From contig NC_043000.1 in NCBI RefSeq assembly GCF_006345805.1, positions 151,342,001-151,406,000 of the forward strand: 64,000 bases of DNA. The letters run 5' to 3'. Under the pieces are notes generated by a model that worked only from the letters and a program-made list of their open reading frames with translations, was not told the origin of the DNA and ran no database searches. Below, in pieces: positions 47,126 to 58,915 of the stretch; the first letter of the stretch is position 1, and each line of letters opens with the position of its first letter. The stretch is from Octopus sinensis (Eukaryota). A program made the translations under genes and the position numbers.

Positions 47126-47699
47126 CTACCTTAAATATCTTCAATTCTTTTAGTATATTTCAAAATATTTCGTATACTGGAACCGAGGAAAGCAAACTTC
47201 TGTGCTGAAGACGCTTATTGCGAGAGGGACAGGTGTCACCAGCTGCTCTCGTGTCATGAAGCAATCTGAACATTCTTTCTTCAAAGGTATGTCAGTTTCA
47301 ACGAATTCTTGATTCTTGAAATAATCTCCCTTGTTTGCTCTTCTTTCAAAGGAAAGTTAATCTTGGTAAATCAAGGATTTATCCTTTATGGTATTTTATA
47401 TATCTTTATTCTCTTTATTCTGTGTATGTACGTCTGTCTGTCTACCTTTCTGTCTGTCTGTATGTATGTGTGCATATTTGTGTGGAAGCCAGCAGGTAGC
47501 TAAATAGTTTAAAATAGAAAAGTTCCATAAAGATGTCCGTCGCTAACGGGGTGCACTGAACAACACTGCTCCCTCACTATTCAAAGGTGCGCTCCTCAGA
47601 TTTAGAAAATACGGTTTACAAAAATATAGTTTACCAAAATTAGTACCCACTCAGAATATTCAGAAACACCCCCGGCATTAAAGTCTTATTTCAGATTAT

Positions 47700-48348
47700 G
47701 GCACAAGGCGAGCAATTTTGGGGAAGGGGAACAGTCGATTACATCGACCCCAGTGTTCAACTGGTACTTATTTTATCGACCCCGAAAGGATGAAAGGCAA
47801 AGTCAACCTCGGTGGAATTTGATCTCAGAACGTAAAGACGGACGAAATACCGGCAAGTATTTTGCTCAGTGTGCTAACGATTCTACCAGCTCGCCACCCT
47901 AACCGGAACAAATATTTATTTCTTTATTGCAAACAGGAGCCTAAACATAGTGGGGACAAACAAGGACAAAGGGATTAAGTCGATTATATCGACCCCAGTT
48001 ACGCACTTATTTAATCAACCCCAAAGTTACGCACTTATTTAATCAACCCCAAATGTTGAAAGGTAAAGTCGACCTCGGCGGAATTTGAACTCAGAACGTA
48101 ATGTCAGACGAAATACCTATTTCTTTACTACCCACAAGGAGCTAAACACAGAGGGAACAAACAGGGACAGACAAACGGATTAAGTCGATTATATCGACCC
48201 CAGTGCGTAACTGGTACTTATTTAATCGACCCCGAAAGGATGAAAGGCAAAGTCGACCTCGGTGGAATTTGAACTCAGAACGTAACGGCAGATGAAATAC
48301 CGTTAGGCATTTCGCCCGACGTGCTAACGTTTCTGCCAGCTCGCCGTC
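47700..48348 (-). mobile_element. Cluster of Deu/Nin-type SINEs: older copy 47700-47898, then a head-less dimer 47917-48348
   Basis: Junction GACGAAATACC|TATTTCTTTAC at ~48118. Confidence 0.8.
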
Positions 48349-48537
48349 CTCCAGCCAGAACAACCGGAACAAATATTGTAACCAGAACAAAATATTCCAA
48401 GTGGAACAAAAATATTGCAAAGCATATTTGCCGATGATCTAACGATTTTGTTGATACACCGTACTAATAAAATAAATAAATGTTTCTAATTTGGGTAAAA
48501 AGCCAACAATTTCGAAGGAAGGGGCATTATCGATACC

Positions 48538-48768
48538 CATTTCTTTATTACCCACAAGGGGCTAAACACAGAGGGGACAAACAAGGACAGACATGGGTAT
48601 TAAGTCGATTACATCGACCCCAGTGTGTAACTGGTACTTAATTTACCGACCCCGAAAGGATGAAAGGCAAAGTCGACCTCGGCGGAATTTGAACTCACAA
48701 CGTAACGGCAGACGAAATACTGCTAAGCATTTCGCCCAGCGTGCTAACGTTTCTGCCAGCTCGCCGCC
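48538..48768 (-). mobile_element. Full-length Deu/Nin-type SINE with 11-bp TSD
   Basis: TTATCGATACC on both sides. Confidence 0.9.
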
Positions 48769-50415
48769 TTATCGATACCATTGCCCCCGTATTTGACTGA
48801 TGGCTTATTTTAACGAAACCCGAAAGATGAAAAAATAAAACGGTTGATCCCTGTAGTATTTTGAATTCAGAACATACCAGGCCGTATTTAAATACAAAAA
48901 GGTATTTTGTCCGATATTTTACTGGTTTTTCCCAAACAAGCTGAAGCTTGGTTCATTTGCGAGAAGAGAAAAGAAAAGGAAACTGAGCTGAATTTTGTTT
49001 GTAGTTATGGTTTAATATCGTTTATCGATAGGATGCAAAGGTGGCAATGAAACAGGCTATAAAAATGTTCTGTCACATCAGTGAAATGGCACTCAATATG
49101 TTTGCTTTAAAGTGCATCATTACAAAATGCTTTTAACTATTTGAGAAGGAAAGGTTTTAATTAAATCAACAAGATTAGACCATAAAAATATATCCAAGCG
49201 AGCTAAAATTACACCTGACCGCAATAAAAGTGTAATTGAGATACTGATATTTGAAATTCATTTATGGCTTCGTTGTAATTCTAATGTAGATTGCATGTTA
49301 AACGCAATGCAAGGCGCCTATAAACATTGCAACTACAACTTTTTATTGATTCTTAAAGGCAGATAATGATGGCTTCGGTGCGATTAGAGCTCAAAACTAC
49401 AGACAGTTGATTCTGTTGGATATCTAGATAGAATCTCTACCGTATGTATCAACGTCACCGCTTTGTTTTTCACTATTTATATTATTGTTTTTTTCACTAA
49501 TTTAACGTTTGCATACATCAATCTTCCGTCCAATGGTCAAGTCAAGGGAGAGCCGTTACCGTTAACTTAAAACAAGCTGATCTGAAAGTGAAGGGAAACA
49601 CACTGCTGTCGCACCTCGGTGCACGTGTAAACCTTCCAAGATCAATTTCCTCGCACATGTGATATTGGATTGTGCACGTATGTTTTACTTCTGCATGATA
49701 GAAGGTGAGTATGCCTGCTGTTTTTGCTAATTTTCATAAGCTATGGTTAGGACGTCAAGAAAGACATATGAAAGAGCAAACTAGCATTGTAGACTTAGAT
49801 TAGCTGGAAAGATGGCGTCATCTTGTTACCACAGAGCTACGATACAACAAACGGATGCAGCGTAAATGTCTGTCCCCATTATTCGAGATTAGTTCAAACA
49901 TACTTCGTAGCTTTGCTTTCCATCTTCCTACAACACTCTTGGATTTGTTTAAGAGTAAACAGGTGCCGAATTTCAAGGGGGTTTTCGACTGCACATTTTG
50001 TTTCATGAGAAGCAGTTGCAAAGACTCGCCAGCCTCGGAGCACAGTCTCAAAGGAGTTCGAGAGTTGACAGTACAATGCAGAATTTTTTTTCAAGTGGTT
50101 TAAACAAGCTTTAAATTATGTTGAAAAAAAAACCTTTCTACTTAATTTCGAATTTTCCAGTTAAGAAAATAAGTAAACTCTTCTCTGTTTAACTAAGCTT
50201 TATAAAAATTGTATCTTTTCTTTATCGTTCACACGGAAAATATTTGCATATCTCATGCTTGTTCTACGAGGCGGAACTGACTCTAATGCATTGTGCTTGA
50301 TAGCCCCTGGTCTATCACATGGAGATTTCCCACAGACACTGAATCGGCACTCTGAAATTTCGTTTCTCTTTCGAATCATATATATATACATATACATATA
50401 CATATACATATTCAT

Positions 50416-50476
<61 letters not shown>

Positions 50477-50505
50477 TAGATATATATATATATATAGATA
50501 TATAT

Positions 50506-50542
<37 letters not shown>

Positions 50543-50544
<2 letters not shown>

Positions 50545-50940
50545 CGCAGGAGTGGCTGTGTGGTAAGTAGCTTGCTAACCAACCACATGGTTCCGGGTTC
50601 AGTCCCACTGCGTGGCACCTTGGGCAAGTGTCTTCCGCTATAGCCCCGGGCCGACCAATGCCTTGTGAGTGGATTTGGTAGACGGAAACTGAAAGAAGCC
50701 TGTCGTATATATGTATGTATATATATATGTGTGTGTTTGTATGTCTGTGTTTGTCCCCCTAGCATTGCTTGACAACCGATGCTGGTGTGTTTACGTCCCC
50801 GTCACTTAGCGGTTCGGCAAAAGAGACCGATAGATAAGTACTGGGCTTACAAAGAATAAGTCGCGGAGTTGATTTGCTCTACTAAAGGCGGTGCTCCAGC
50901 ATGGCTGCAGTCAAAATGACTGAAACAGTAAAAGAAAGGA
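50543..50940 (+). mobile_element. Full-length CORE-type SINE with (TA)n close to both ends
   Basis: Matches 40013-40475. Confidence 0.9.
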
Positions 50941-50950
50941 GACAAGAAAA

Positions 50951-50994
<44 letters not shown>

Positions 50995-52131
50995 GTGGCA
51001 GCAGAAGCAATACGCATGCACGCAACACACAAACACGCATGCGTGTATGTGTTGACTTTCCAACGGGATTTGTTTTGAATCATACTTCTTTCGAAAAAGC
51101 AATTCATGTTACGTTGTTTTTCTATCAAGTTGTTTAATTCGATTGAGATTAAAGGGTTATGGAATAGTGTGTCAATATTTCGGTGGTTGTAATTGACTAA
51201 ATTACTAAAACTAATTTTTGCTTAAGCTTCTTTGCAGCTTAAGTTGGAGGTTATTTAATAGATAAGAGCGAAGAAAAGGAAGAAAAGAAACGAAGATAAC
51301 AAGATAAAAAGAAAATCAAAAAGGAAGGAAAATATCTGTGTTTGAATTAATTAATACACTAACAAGTTTGCATATTAAGATATTACTATCGAAATACCTT
51401 TCAAAATGTTATGACAGTGTGTAAATACAGTTATGCAACAAATTTTCATTGCTATAATCTCCGAGATAATATAATTTAATATCTTTCTATCTTTATACAT
51501 ACATACATATATATATAATTTATAAAACGTATCTGTTTTCTAGATAATAATCCTCAACCACTTTTATGAGTATTTAGCTGAATTTGCATTTTTTTCTGCC
51601 AAAACCACATGCATGCTACGATTTCCTTAAAGCGGATTTTTTTTAGACAAGGGCATCAAATTTATAGTGAGAAGAGAATTAGATTGCGAGATGTTCTCAA
51701 TAGCATCGGCGACTTTATATTTAATCAAAGCTCGAAACCCGATCGAAGATTCGGCTCGTTAGGAGATTATTACGAGAGGAAGGTACGTAATACAAATCCT
51801 CAGGTATTAGTTTTTTTTAAACAAGACACAAAAGCCAAGGCATCTCACATACTATGTTTTGCTTTTCTCAAAGATTTAAGCGGCATTATCGAAAGGAAAT
51901 ATTTCAACGACGACGAATCTAGGCCAGATCAAAGTAAGAAACTATATTCTTGATACGTAATCACATCTAGGTGAATTGGATCTATAATAGGCAGATGTCT
52001 TTGGCAAGAACTCAGTACGGCACTGGTGACAGGATGCAAGCCAACAATTCTACCCTTAATAAAATGCCATTCTACTTACAAGTATGTGTGTGAGTGTGTG
52101 CTTGCGTGTGTACGTGTGTATTCTGTTATTC

Positions 52132-52395
52132 TTTTCCTTGTTTCAGTCATTTGACTGCAGCCATGCTGGAGCACCGCCTTTAAGGATTTTTCAGTCGAAG
52201 AAATCTATCCCAGGACTTGTTCTTTGTTAGCCTAGTACTTATTCTATCGGTCTCTTTTGCCGAAACGCTAAATTATGGGCATGTAAACACACTAACATCG
52301 GTTGTCAAACAAAGGTGGTAGGGGGCAAACAAAGACACGGAAACACACACACACACACACACATACATACACACACACACACACCCACACACACA

Positions 52396-52433
<38 letters not shown>

Positions 52434-52448
52434 ACTATATATATATAC

Positions 52449-52480
<32 letters not shown>

Positions 52481-52497
52481 ATGTATGTGTGTGTGTA

Positions 52498-52544
<47 letters not shown>

Positions 52545-53040
52545 AGGCGCAATGGTCCAGTGGTTGGGGCAGCGGACTTGCGGTCGTAGGATCGCGGTTT
52601 CGATTCCCAGACCGGGCGATGTGAGTGTTTATTGAGCGAAAACACCTAAAGCTCCATGAGGCTCCGGCAGGGGTTTCATCCCTGCTGTACTCTTTCGCCA
52701 CAACTTTCTCTCACTCTTTCTTCTGTTCGTCTGCTTGCTTAGCCAGCGGGGTGGCGTCATTTGAAGGTTAAAACAATGCGAAGCGCATTGTGACCAGCGA
52801 TGCGTAGCAACATCTGATAACCTGGTCGGTGACGGTGATCACGGTGATATATATATATATATATATATACATATACATATGACAGGCCTCTTTCAATTTC
52901 CATCTACCAATCTACTCACAAGCCCTTAGTCGACCCGAGGCTATAGTAAAAGACACTTGCCCAAGGTGCCACGCAGTCGGCCTGAACCCGGAGCCATGTG
53001 GTTGGGAAGCAAGTTTCTTACCAGGCAATCACGCCTGCGC
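52132..53040 (-). mobile_element. CORE-type SINE carrying a nested SINE
   Basis: Tail 52132-52340, head 52880-53040. Confidence 0.8.
52543..52848 (+). mobile_element. tRNA-derived SINE (fourth family) nested in the internal microsatellite of the CORE-type SINE
   Basis: A box TGGTCCAGTGG, B-box-like GTTTCGATTCCC; bounded by (TG)n and (TA)n. Confidence 0.75.
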
Positions 53041-53431
53041 CTATATATATATATATTATATATATATATATAATATATATATATATATAAGCAAAATAGA
53101 AAGAAAGAATTCACCAGTAGAGTGAAAAATAAAATATATATATATATATAGAAAACTAAAACGCATTTTTAGTGATACTTAGAGTCCACCACAAATGAAC
53201 TAATTAGTAAGAATAACATTATCTTGAGTTTTATCGCTCTAGAATTTTCTTGAAATGATTCTCAAAGGTGTAGCTTCTGGCAGTATATCTGGCACCCAGG
53301 TGGTGCTATTAAGTTAGACATGGCCTGGGCCAATAATGGCCGAAACCTTTCAAAGTATTTCAAAGTATATATATACATACATACATATATATATATATAT
53401 ACGTACATACACACACACACACACACACATA

Positions 53432-53620
53432 TGTGTACCGTTGGCGATTTTTTTTCCTCCGTCTTCCCTTCTTTGGATCTTTCCTTTTCTTATGTTTCTG
53501 ACGAAGAGCTCCGCTCGAAACGTTAAACCCTCCTTCTTACTTTCTTTCCTGAACGTCCAATAATACTATACTTGTTCCACGTCCTCGCGTTGTTGTGTTT
53601 TCTCTTTGTGTTTTCATGTT
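53432..53620 (+). mobile_element. Penelope-like element terminal-repeat fragment
   Basis: Contains CTGACGAA..CGAAACGTT, the hammerhead motif typical of Penelope-like elements; flanked by microsatellites. Confidence 0.6.
53494..53528 (+). ncRNA. Candidate minimal type I hammerhead ribozyme
   Basis: GTTT-CTGACGA-A-GAGC-tcc-GCTC-GAA-ACGT-T-AAAC: stem I GTTT/AAAC, stem II GAGC/GCTC, palindromic ACGT stem III, GUU cleavage triplet. Confidence 0.6.
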
Positions 53621-53682
53621 TGGATTAACTTTATATATATATATATATATATATAAAGAGAGAGAGAGAGAGAAAAGTGTGT

Positions 53683-53760
<78 letters not shown>

Positions 53761-54507
53761 GTGTGTGTATTCAACTACTGCTTGTAACTGACTATAGTTT
53801 AAAATGTTCATTCTAAACCGAAATCAAGTCGTATAAGCGTGGTTAATCTCAAGGACTATTTTTAGTTCTTCTCATTAACTTAAATCAGGGGAAAACTAGT
53901 ACTTTTAATTAAGATGAAATATCACCCAAACTGTTAAACCGAACATATTCGAAACTGTCGTCATTCAAAACTCTGCAATTAATTTGAACAACATTTGAAA
54001 TTGTGTTTCAAAAAAAAAATTACTGTGAAATGGTAAAGTGGAAGATAATATCTAACGCGTAGAATTTTGTATTTAAGTGTGCCTTTTGTTAAAGTCTGTT
54101 CAAATTTTAAGCAGAAGTCACTTAACTCGAAAGCAAAATAGAAAGAAAGAATTCACCAGTAGAGTGAAAAATAAAAAAATATATATATATATAGAAAACT
54201 AAAACGCATTTTTAGTGATACTTAGAGTCCACCACAAATGAACTAATTAGTAAGAATAACATTATCTTGAGTTTTATCGCTCTAGAATTTTCTTGAAATG
54301 ATTCTCAAAGGTGTAGCTTCTGGCAGTATATCTGCTCTCTTAGCTTCCCTTGGTTATAAATATGAACGTTTAATGTATTTGAAACCCACTAGAGGCAAAT
54401 TGCCTCAAGAATACATTGACTATTCTTAAAAAGAAAAAAAAAAAACATTCTTAGGTAAATAATTGTTACATAAATTTTTCCCTGACATTTGTTTTATCTA
54501 TCTATTT

Positions 54508-54538
<31 letters not shown>

Positions 54539-55249
54539 ATACAAAACAAAGTCTTTTGTCTTGCATCTTAGCTTAGTGAAAGTTTCAATTCTCTCTTTAT
54601 CGCTGTCTTACACTTGACTTTTCATTAAACTTACAAAACCCAGACACTAAGATTTCAAATTTACTGGTTACACAAGAGCTTTACTGACTATTTCGCCGCC
54701 GGCGATTTCCGCCTATTTACGCCCCGGAGTGAGACCATTGCAAACGGTTAGGAGGAGTTGCCTGCAGCTTTATTGGTTCAGTACATGGAGGTAAGGAATT
54801 CTTCAGTAGCAGGTATTGACAAGAAAACTGCTGTTTTACCAGTTCGTTTTTGTTGGCCAAAGGCTCAATCAACAATACTGACAAAGGGTTTTAAAAAGAA
54901 TTCAATGAACATTTTTAACTGTTCACTTTAAATGACTATTGTTTTCTTTTTGTGGATATGTGATAAGGAGTTTCAAAATCCGAAATAATGAGTCCACGTT
55001 ATGTTAAAAAGTGCAAGCACAGCATGAGGTTAGAATGTTTATTTCCTAGCCGTGTTGGTCTGCGTTCGATCCCACAACGCATCACCTTGGACAAACATAG
55101 GGATGAATGCCTTCCGGTATATTTCTGCATGTGTGCGCGCTTGTGTGTGTGTGTGTGATTCCGTGTGTCTGTCTGGATTCGCTTACACCGGTGAAAGAGT
55201 ATGTCGAATTGCATCCTTTTACATCAAAAGGCATCTTAGCCTATCGAAG

Positions 55250-55663
55250 GGCGGCGAGCTGGCAGAAACGTTAGCACGCCGGGCGAAATGCGTAGCCGTA
55301 TTTCGTCTGCCGTTACGTTCTGAGTTCAAATTCCGCCGAAGTCGACTTTGCCTTTCATCCTTTCGGGGTCGATAAATTAAGTACCAGTTACGCACTGGGG
55401 TCGATATAATCGACTTAATCCGTTTTTCTGTCCTTGTTTGTCCTTTCTGTGTTACATAAATTGTGGTAGTAAAGAAATATGTATTTTGTCTGCCGTTACG
55501 TTCTGAGTTCAAATTCCGCCGAGGTCGACTTTGCCTTTCATCCTTTCGGGGCCGATAAATTAAGTACCAGTTACGCACTGGGGTTGATATAATCGACTTA
55601 ATCCGTTTGTCTGTCCTTGTTTGTCCCCTCTGTGTTTAGCCCCTTGTGGGTAGTAAAGAAATA
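55250..55663 (+). mobile_element. Deu/Nin-type SINE head-less dimer with 17-bp TSD
   Basis: GGCATCTTAGCCTATCG (55230-55246) and GGTATCTTAGCCAATCG (55664-55680); empty-site paralogue at ~56207-56281. Confidence 0.88.
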
Positions 55664-56482
55664 GGTATCTTAGCCAATCGTTATGTAGGGACCTAGAAAA
55701 TAAGTACCCGCCTGAAATTAGTAGTGGAATTAACATGTTTGACCAAAACTCTCGGTAGGGATTTCTGAATCTGGCCGCTATCTAATAAATTAAACCTTTT
55801 AAAGAAGAAATGCGTGAGAGCTTGTTTGAGCGCGCGCGTGTGAGCGTGCACACTCGGTAACAAGACATGATTACACCGCAGTGATTACCTCATATTTAGT
55901 CTTAGCCACGAAATCTACACAGCAATGCTAATATAAATTATGAATAATTTGAGGCTTCGATGCAAGTCTTTACAAGAAGAAAACAGTCAACGTGATACGA
56001 CAAAATGTATGTGATCTTATTTCAAAGGAACGTTCTGTTTCGAACATTCTGTTCCTCGTCAGGCTGTGTACGAAAAAAAGGAAACCCGAATCCTCTAAGA
56101 CAAAGAATATAAAGTAGTCAACCGCGTTAGTTGAGATATAAAACGGCTGTGTGTGTGTGTATGTGTGTGTGTGTGTGTGTATGTGTGTGTGTGTGTGTGA
56201 ATTTTTACCATCAAAAGGTATTTTAGCCTATCGATATGTAGGGACCTAGAAAATAAATACCCGCCTGAAATTAGTAGTGGATGTATGAGATAAGACACGG
56301 CTCTATGATTGACAATTTTTCAAAACATGGTGAATATCGAACTGATTTGGTAAATCAGAGTTACAAGCATAGAACAAAGAAAAGAAAGCGTTCGAGATAA
56401 AAATCCCAATGTGATTCACATGCATTTGTGTGTGTGTGTACACAAACAGATATATGCGTATAATACATTTCTATATGTAATA

Positions 56483-56614
56483 CACAGGTTGGCACAAAAG
56501 TTGTGCACTAGTAAAATAATGACTATTATGTAAATAAGATATAAGATTATCGTATATAATCATATAAACGGTTTTCCCGTGATTAGGGTGGTGCGTAGCT
56601 TTTGCACCACCCTA
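56483..56614. mobile_element. Small Tc1/mariner-like MITE
   Basis: Left CAGGTTGGCACAAAAGTTGTGCAC versus right-end reverse complement TAGGGTGGTGCAAAAGCTACGCAC; TA at the ends. Confidence 0.45.
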
Positions 56615-56620
56615 TATATC

Positions 56621-57045
56621 AGACGTAGCTGTGTGGTAAACAGTTTGTTTTCCCGCCACATGATTCCAGGTTCAGTCCCACTGCGTGGCACATAGTCTTC
56701 TACTATAGCTTAGAGCCAACGAAAGCCCTGTGAGTTGATTTGGTGAGCGGAATCTGAAAGTAGCCCGTCGTATATATGTCTATATCTATGTGTGTATGTT
56801 TCTGTGTGTGTGTCGGTTTGTGTGTACGTGTGCGTGTGTTTGGGTCTCTGTTTATCCCCACCACCGCTTAACAACGAGTTTTGGTATGTTTACGTTCCCT
56901 TAACTTAGCGGTTCATCGAAAGGAACCGATAGAATATGTACTAGGCTTTAAAAAAAAATACTGAAGTCTGATCATTCGACTAAAATTTTTCAAGGCGGTG
57001 CCCCAGCATGGCTGCAGTCTAATGACTGAAACAAGTAAAAGATAA
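56621..57045 (+). mobile_element. Older full-length CORE-type SINE
   Basis: Diverged match to 40013-40475. Confidence 0.8.
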
Positions 57046-57089
57046 AATATATGTATACAATATACGATATATATATATATAATATATAT

Positions 57090-57138
<49 letters not shown>

Positions 57139-57462
57139 GTGTGTGTGTGTATGTGTATGTATGTATGTATGTATACATAAATACATACATACATACATAC
57201 ACGTCGCAAGCGACTTTCATTTAAAGGTATATCTTTCTATATACGTTATGCTATATCCAATATATTTACCTGTTTAACTGTACACATTTAATTAGCTTTT
57301 TCTGAAGACATCAAAGCATGGACATTTGACATATCAATATGATATATGATTTTATATATATACATACATACATAAATTCAGATACAAATATATGTACACA
57401 GGAATATATATGTATGTGCATATGTACATATATTCACATATGTATATTGTATTGTATACATG

Positions 57463-57508
<46 letters not shown>

Positions 57509-57516
57509 TGTATAGG

Positions 57517-57573
<57 letters not shown>

Positions 57574-58659
57574 GATACCTATTCTACACACATACACGCA
57601 GAAATATATATACACCCGCATACATATTAATACACCCTATTTGCTCGTCCGCTTGTCTCCTTTTTTTTATATATTTTTGAACTATACATACACATACGGA
57701 TATTTAGATAGATAAATGTATATATTGATGGATATACATTTACACACGCATATGTATATATGTAATGGAAGTTGTAGCATCTTGAGTTGTAAAAATTCAC
57801 TTTGGCAATTATTCAAACAATTGAAGTAAAGCAGCGTAGCGATGTTTAAGCAAAATTATTCGTTTACTCAGCGAGATATGAATAGACATCGCGAATTAAT
57901 TTGCTACTGAAAATTCACAAAAATATACGTCACACTTTCGTCTATTTAGTTGTCATACACAGAACACTTGATCTAATAATGAATTCACGTGTGAATTGAT
58001 GAATATATCACCATTTATTTTATATTTTGTGTATACTTGACAGATTAAATGGAAATTAACTTTTAGATAACCCACTGATTTTGATTCTTACTATTGTGTT
58101 CCAAGTCTGAACTATTATATTTGTCCAGCTTTGTTTCTTCGCCTTCTCTCTTTTATTTTTCTTTATCTTTGTCTTTCTCTCAACCTTACAACCGTCTGTC
58201 TATCTATTTCCCTATCTGCCTAGTTCGACACAATCATAAATGAAACAGATGTAAAGTAAAACAGCAGAAGCCGCGGAAAGTTACGATGTTTTGCGTCGAC
58301 ATAATATATTTTATAGTAGACAGAAGAGAAATCTAGCATTTCGGACAGAACATTCTACTGAAGAAAGAACGGAAATGTCAATAAAATAGCAGATTAAACG
58401 TATATATGAGCTTTGTGTCGTTCATTTTGCCAATCGGGACCTACGTGATCCTAGATACGAAATAATTTTTTTGCGAGTAGTAACGATGGAGCTAATTTTT
58501 AATAGCAATGTAACTATTTCTCTTAAAACTTGTAACCAACATACGAGATAAATGCTAAAAAATATCTTGTGACATTACAAAGTTCAAATTTTGGGAGTAA
58601 GGTATTGTAAATCCATTTAAATTGCTTACATTGATGTATTAAACATCATAAAGAAAACC

Positions 58660-58915
58660 AAATATCAGGACTTGGTCGATGAGCATTTCTTCAAGGGACA
58701 GCACACCGCCTTATTACTTACTGAAGACGGTTCGTATTTCCTGCAGATTGGTCTGGAACCCCAAAAATCTGAAGAAAGCCAACAAGGAGATAGGTATGGC
58801 AGCTGAAAATCAGCTCAAAGTGGCTGTAGTTGACAAGAGACGCAGGTGGAATCCTTTCGCTGGCGTATGCAAAATCAGTCTATGCTACCCCACTCAGGTG
58901 AAGCGTATAGCCAAA
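58660..58915 (+). pseudogene. Decayed RTE-type LINE 3' end
   Basis: LVWNPK..EIGMAAENQLKVAVVDKRRRW..LCYPTQVK resembles RTE C-termini (ALxWxP..DRxRWR..ALC). Confidence 0.4.

Larger units (their letters stand above)
53089..54334 (+). repeat. Two near-identical ~203-bp direct repeats (53089-53291 and 54131-54334)
   Basis: AAGCAAAATAGAAAG..GGCAGTATATCTG; differences seen only in the A/(TA) run. Confidence 0.9.

Noticed and set aside
49290-49340. TTGCATG..CAATGCAA..ATTGCAACTACAAC resembling miR-33
   Set aside because: Only a partial match and no precursor-length hairpin.
49894-50094. Minus-strand ORF with a possible MESKAT|GTATGT first coding exon
   Set aside because: Weak donor, no recognisable peptide, and a competing plus-strand signal nearby.
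56038-56062. Minus-strand CTGACGA-G-GAAC..GTTC-GAAA hammerhead-like core
   Set aside because: Stem II is good, but I could not form a stem I adjacent to any NUH; at most a relic.
58358-58379. CTGAAGA..GAAATGTC hammerhead-like string
   Set aside because: No stem II or stem I pairing.
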